A DNA stretch of 64,000 nt from Lama guanicoe. Lineage: Eukaryota. Positions 63,522 through 64,000 of this stretch are shown piece after piece. Both the position numbers and the translations under genes were made by a program. Where the stretch lies: NCBI GenBank assembly GCA_013239625.1, contig MU054575.1, forward strand, positions 2,973,619 to 3,037,618, read 5' to 3'. The notes under the pieces were generated by a model. The model saw only the letters and a list, made by a program, of their open reading frames with translations. It was not told where the DNA came from and did no database searches. Positions within the stretch are counted from its first letter, which is position 1; each line of letters begins with the position of its first letter.

Positions 63522-63876
63522 TGAAATAGGAGGCAAGGGGACAGGGCACAAACATTCAAAAAATGACACAGCAATTGAGGATAAGACATAAATTGTTTAG
63601 AACCAACTTGGCCCAAGATGGCGGAAGATTCAGCTTCCAGTAGGCCTTGAGCCTCATTATGTGTTCATTGTAATACATTAGCAAGCTAAATGACACACCC
63701 ACAGGCACCAGGACAATTCCCAGGCTGGCCATAAAAGGCCAAAAGTGGGTGGGGCCTAACTCTGGGAAATTCCTACCCCTTCCCCCTCACTTGGCAGGGC
63801 CGAATCCCAGGGCTGAGTCCCAGGGACTCGCCTGAGACCTGGGATGTGCCCTCTTCTGCCCCATTTTCCTGCAACG
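63522..63876 (+). mobile_element. MER41-like ERV1 solo LTR (copy 3, internally deleted)
   Basis: TGAAATAGGA...GACACACCCACAGGCACC...TTTTCCTGCAACG; exact TSD AGGT (63518-63521; 63877-63880). Confidence 0.82.
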
Positions 63877-64000
63877 AGGTCTTGAGTGGAAGGAGCTCAG
63901 AATCCATCGAGGCTTGTAAGCATGGGTGGGGGTGGTCCCTCGGGGGCAGGTCTAGGAAGGTCTCTTGGGCCTGCCTTGGAGACAGGGCTGGCTGCCTGGG

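Noticed and set aside
56724-63876. MER41-like LTR copies 1 and 3 as the two ends of a roughly 7-kb provirus
   Set aside because: Each has its own TSD (CTAT versus AGGT), they are clearly diverged, and the interior has no PBS, gag, pol or env.

Overview
Mammalian genomic DNA, most likely a camelid (about ten copies of a tRNA-Ala(AGC)-derived SINE matching the camelid Vic-1 family). It holds two complete, intact genes arranged head-to-head. IGHMBP2 is on the minus strand (15 coding exons, ATG 27252, stop 2710, CDS 2961 nt = 986 aa) and encodes a UPF1-like SF1B helicase with R3H and AN1 zinc-finger domains. MRPL21 is on the plus strand (7 coding exons, ATG 27391, stop 39835, CDS 630 nt = 209 aa). 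All introns are GT-AG and exon phases are consistent. The two ATGs are only 138 bp apart across a CpG-island bidirectional promoter that contains tandem ETS sites and a perfect 22-bp palindrome. From about 40 kb to the end the sequence is intergenic and rich in transposable elements (L1, L2, MIR, MLT, MER21, Tigger/MER44, MER41-like and ERV2-like solo LTRs, several nested with readable target-site duplications). A second CpG island lies at about 60.7-61.8 kb; by human synteny it is on the way to CPT1A. Nearly all ORFs in the supplied track are spurious GC-rich ORFs or exon fragments with intron read-through. I found no well-supported new biological system. The best leads are regulatory or TE-mechanistic: the promoter palindrome, inverted SINEs flanking MRPL21 exon 4, a two-tailed L1 insertion under one TSD, and back-to-back MER41-like LTRs. 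Repeat family names come from recalled consensus motifs, and repeat boundaries without a TSD are approximate.
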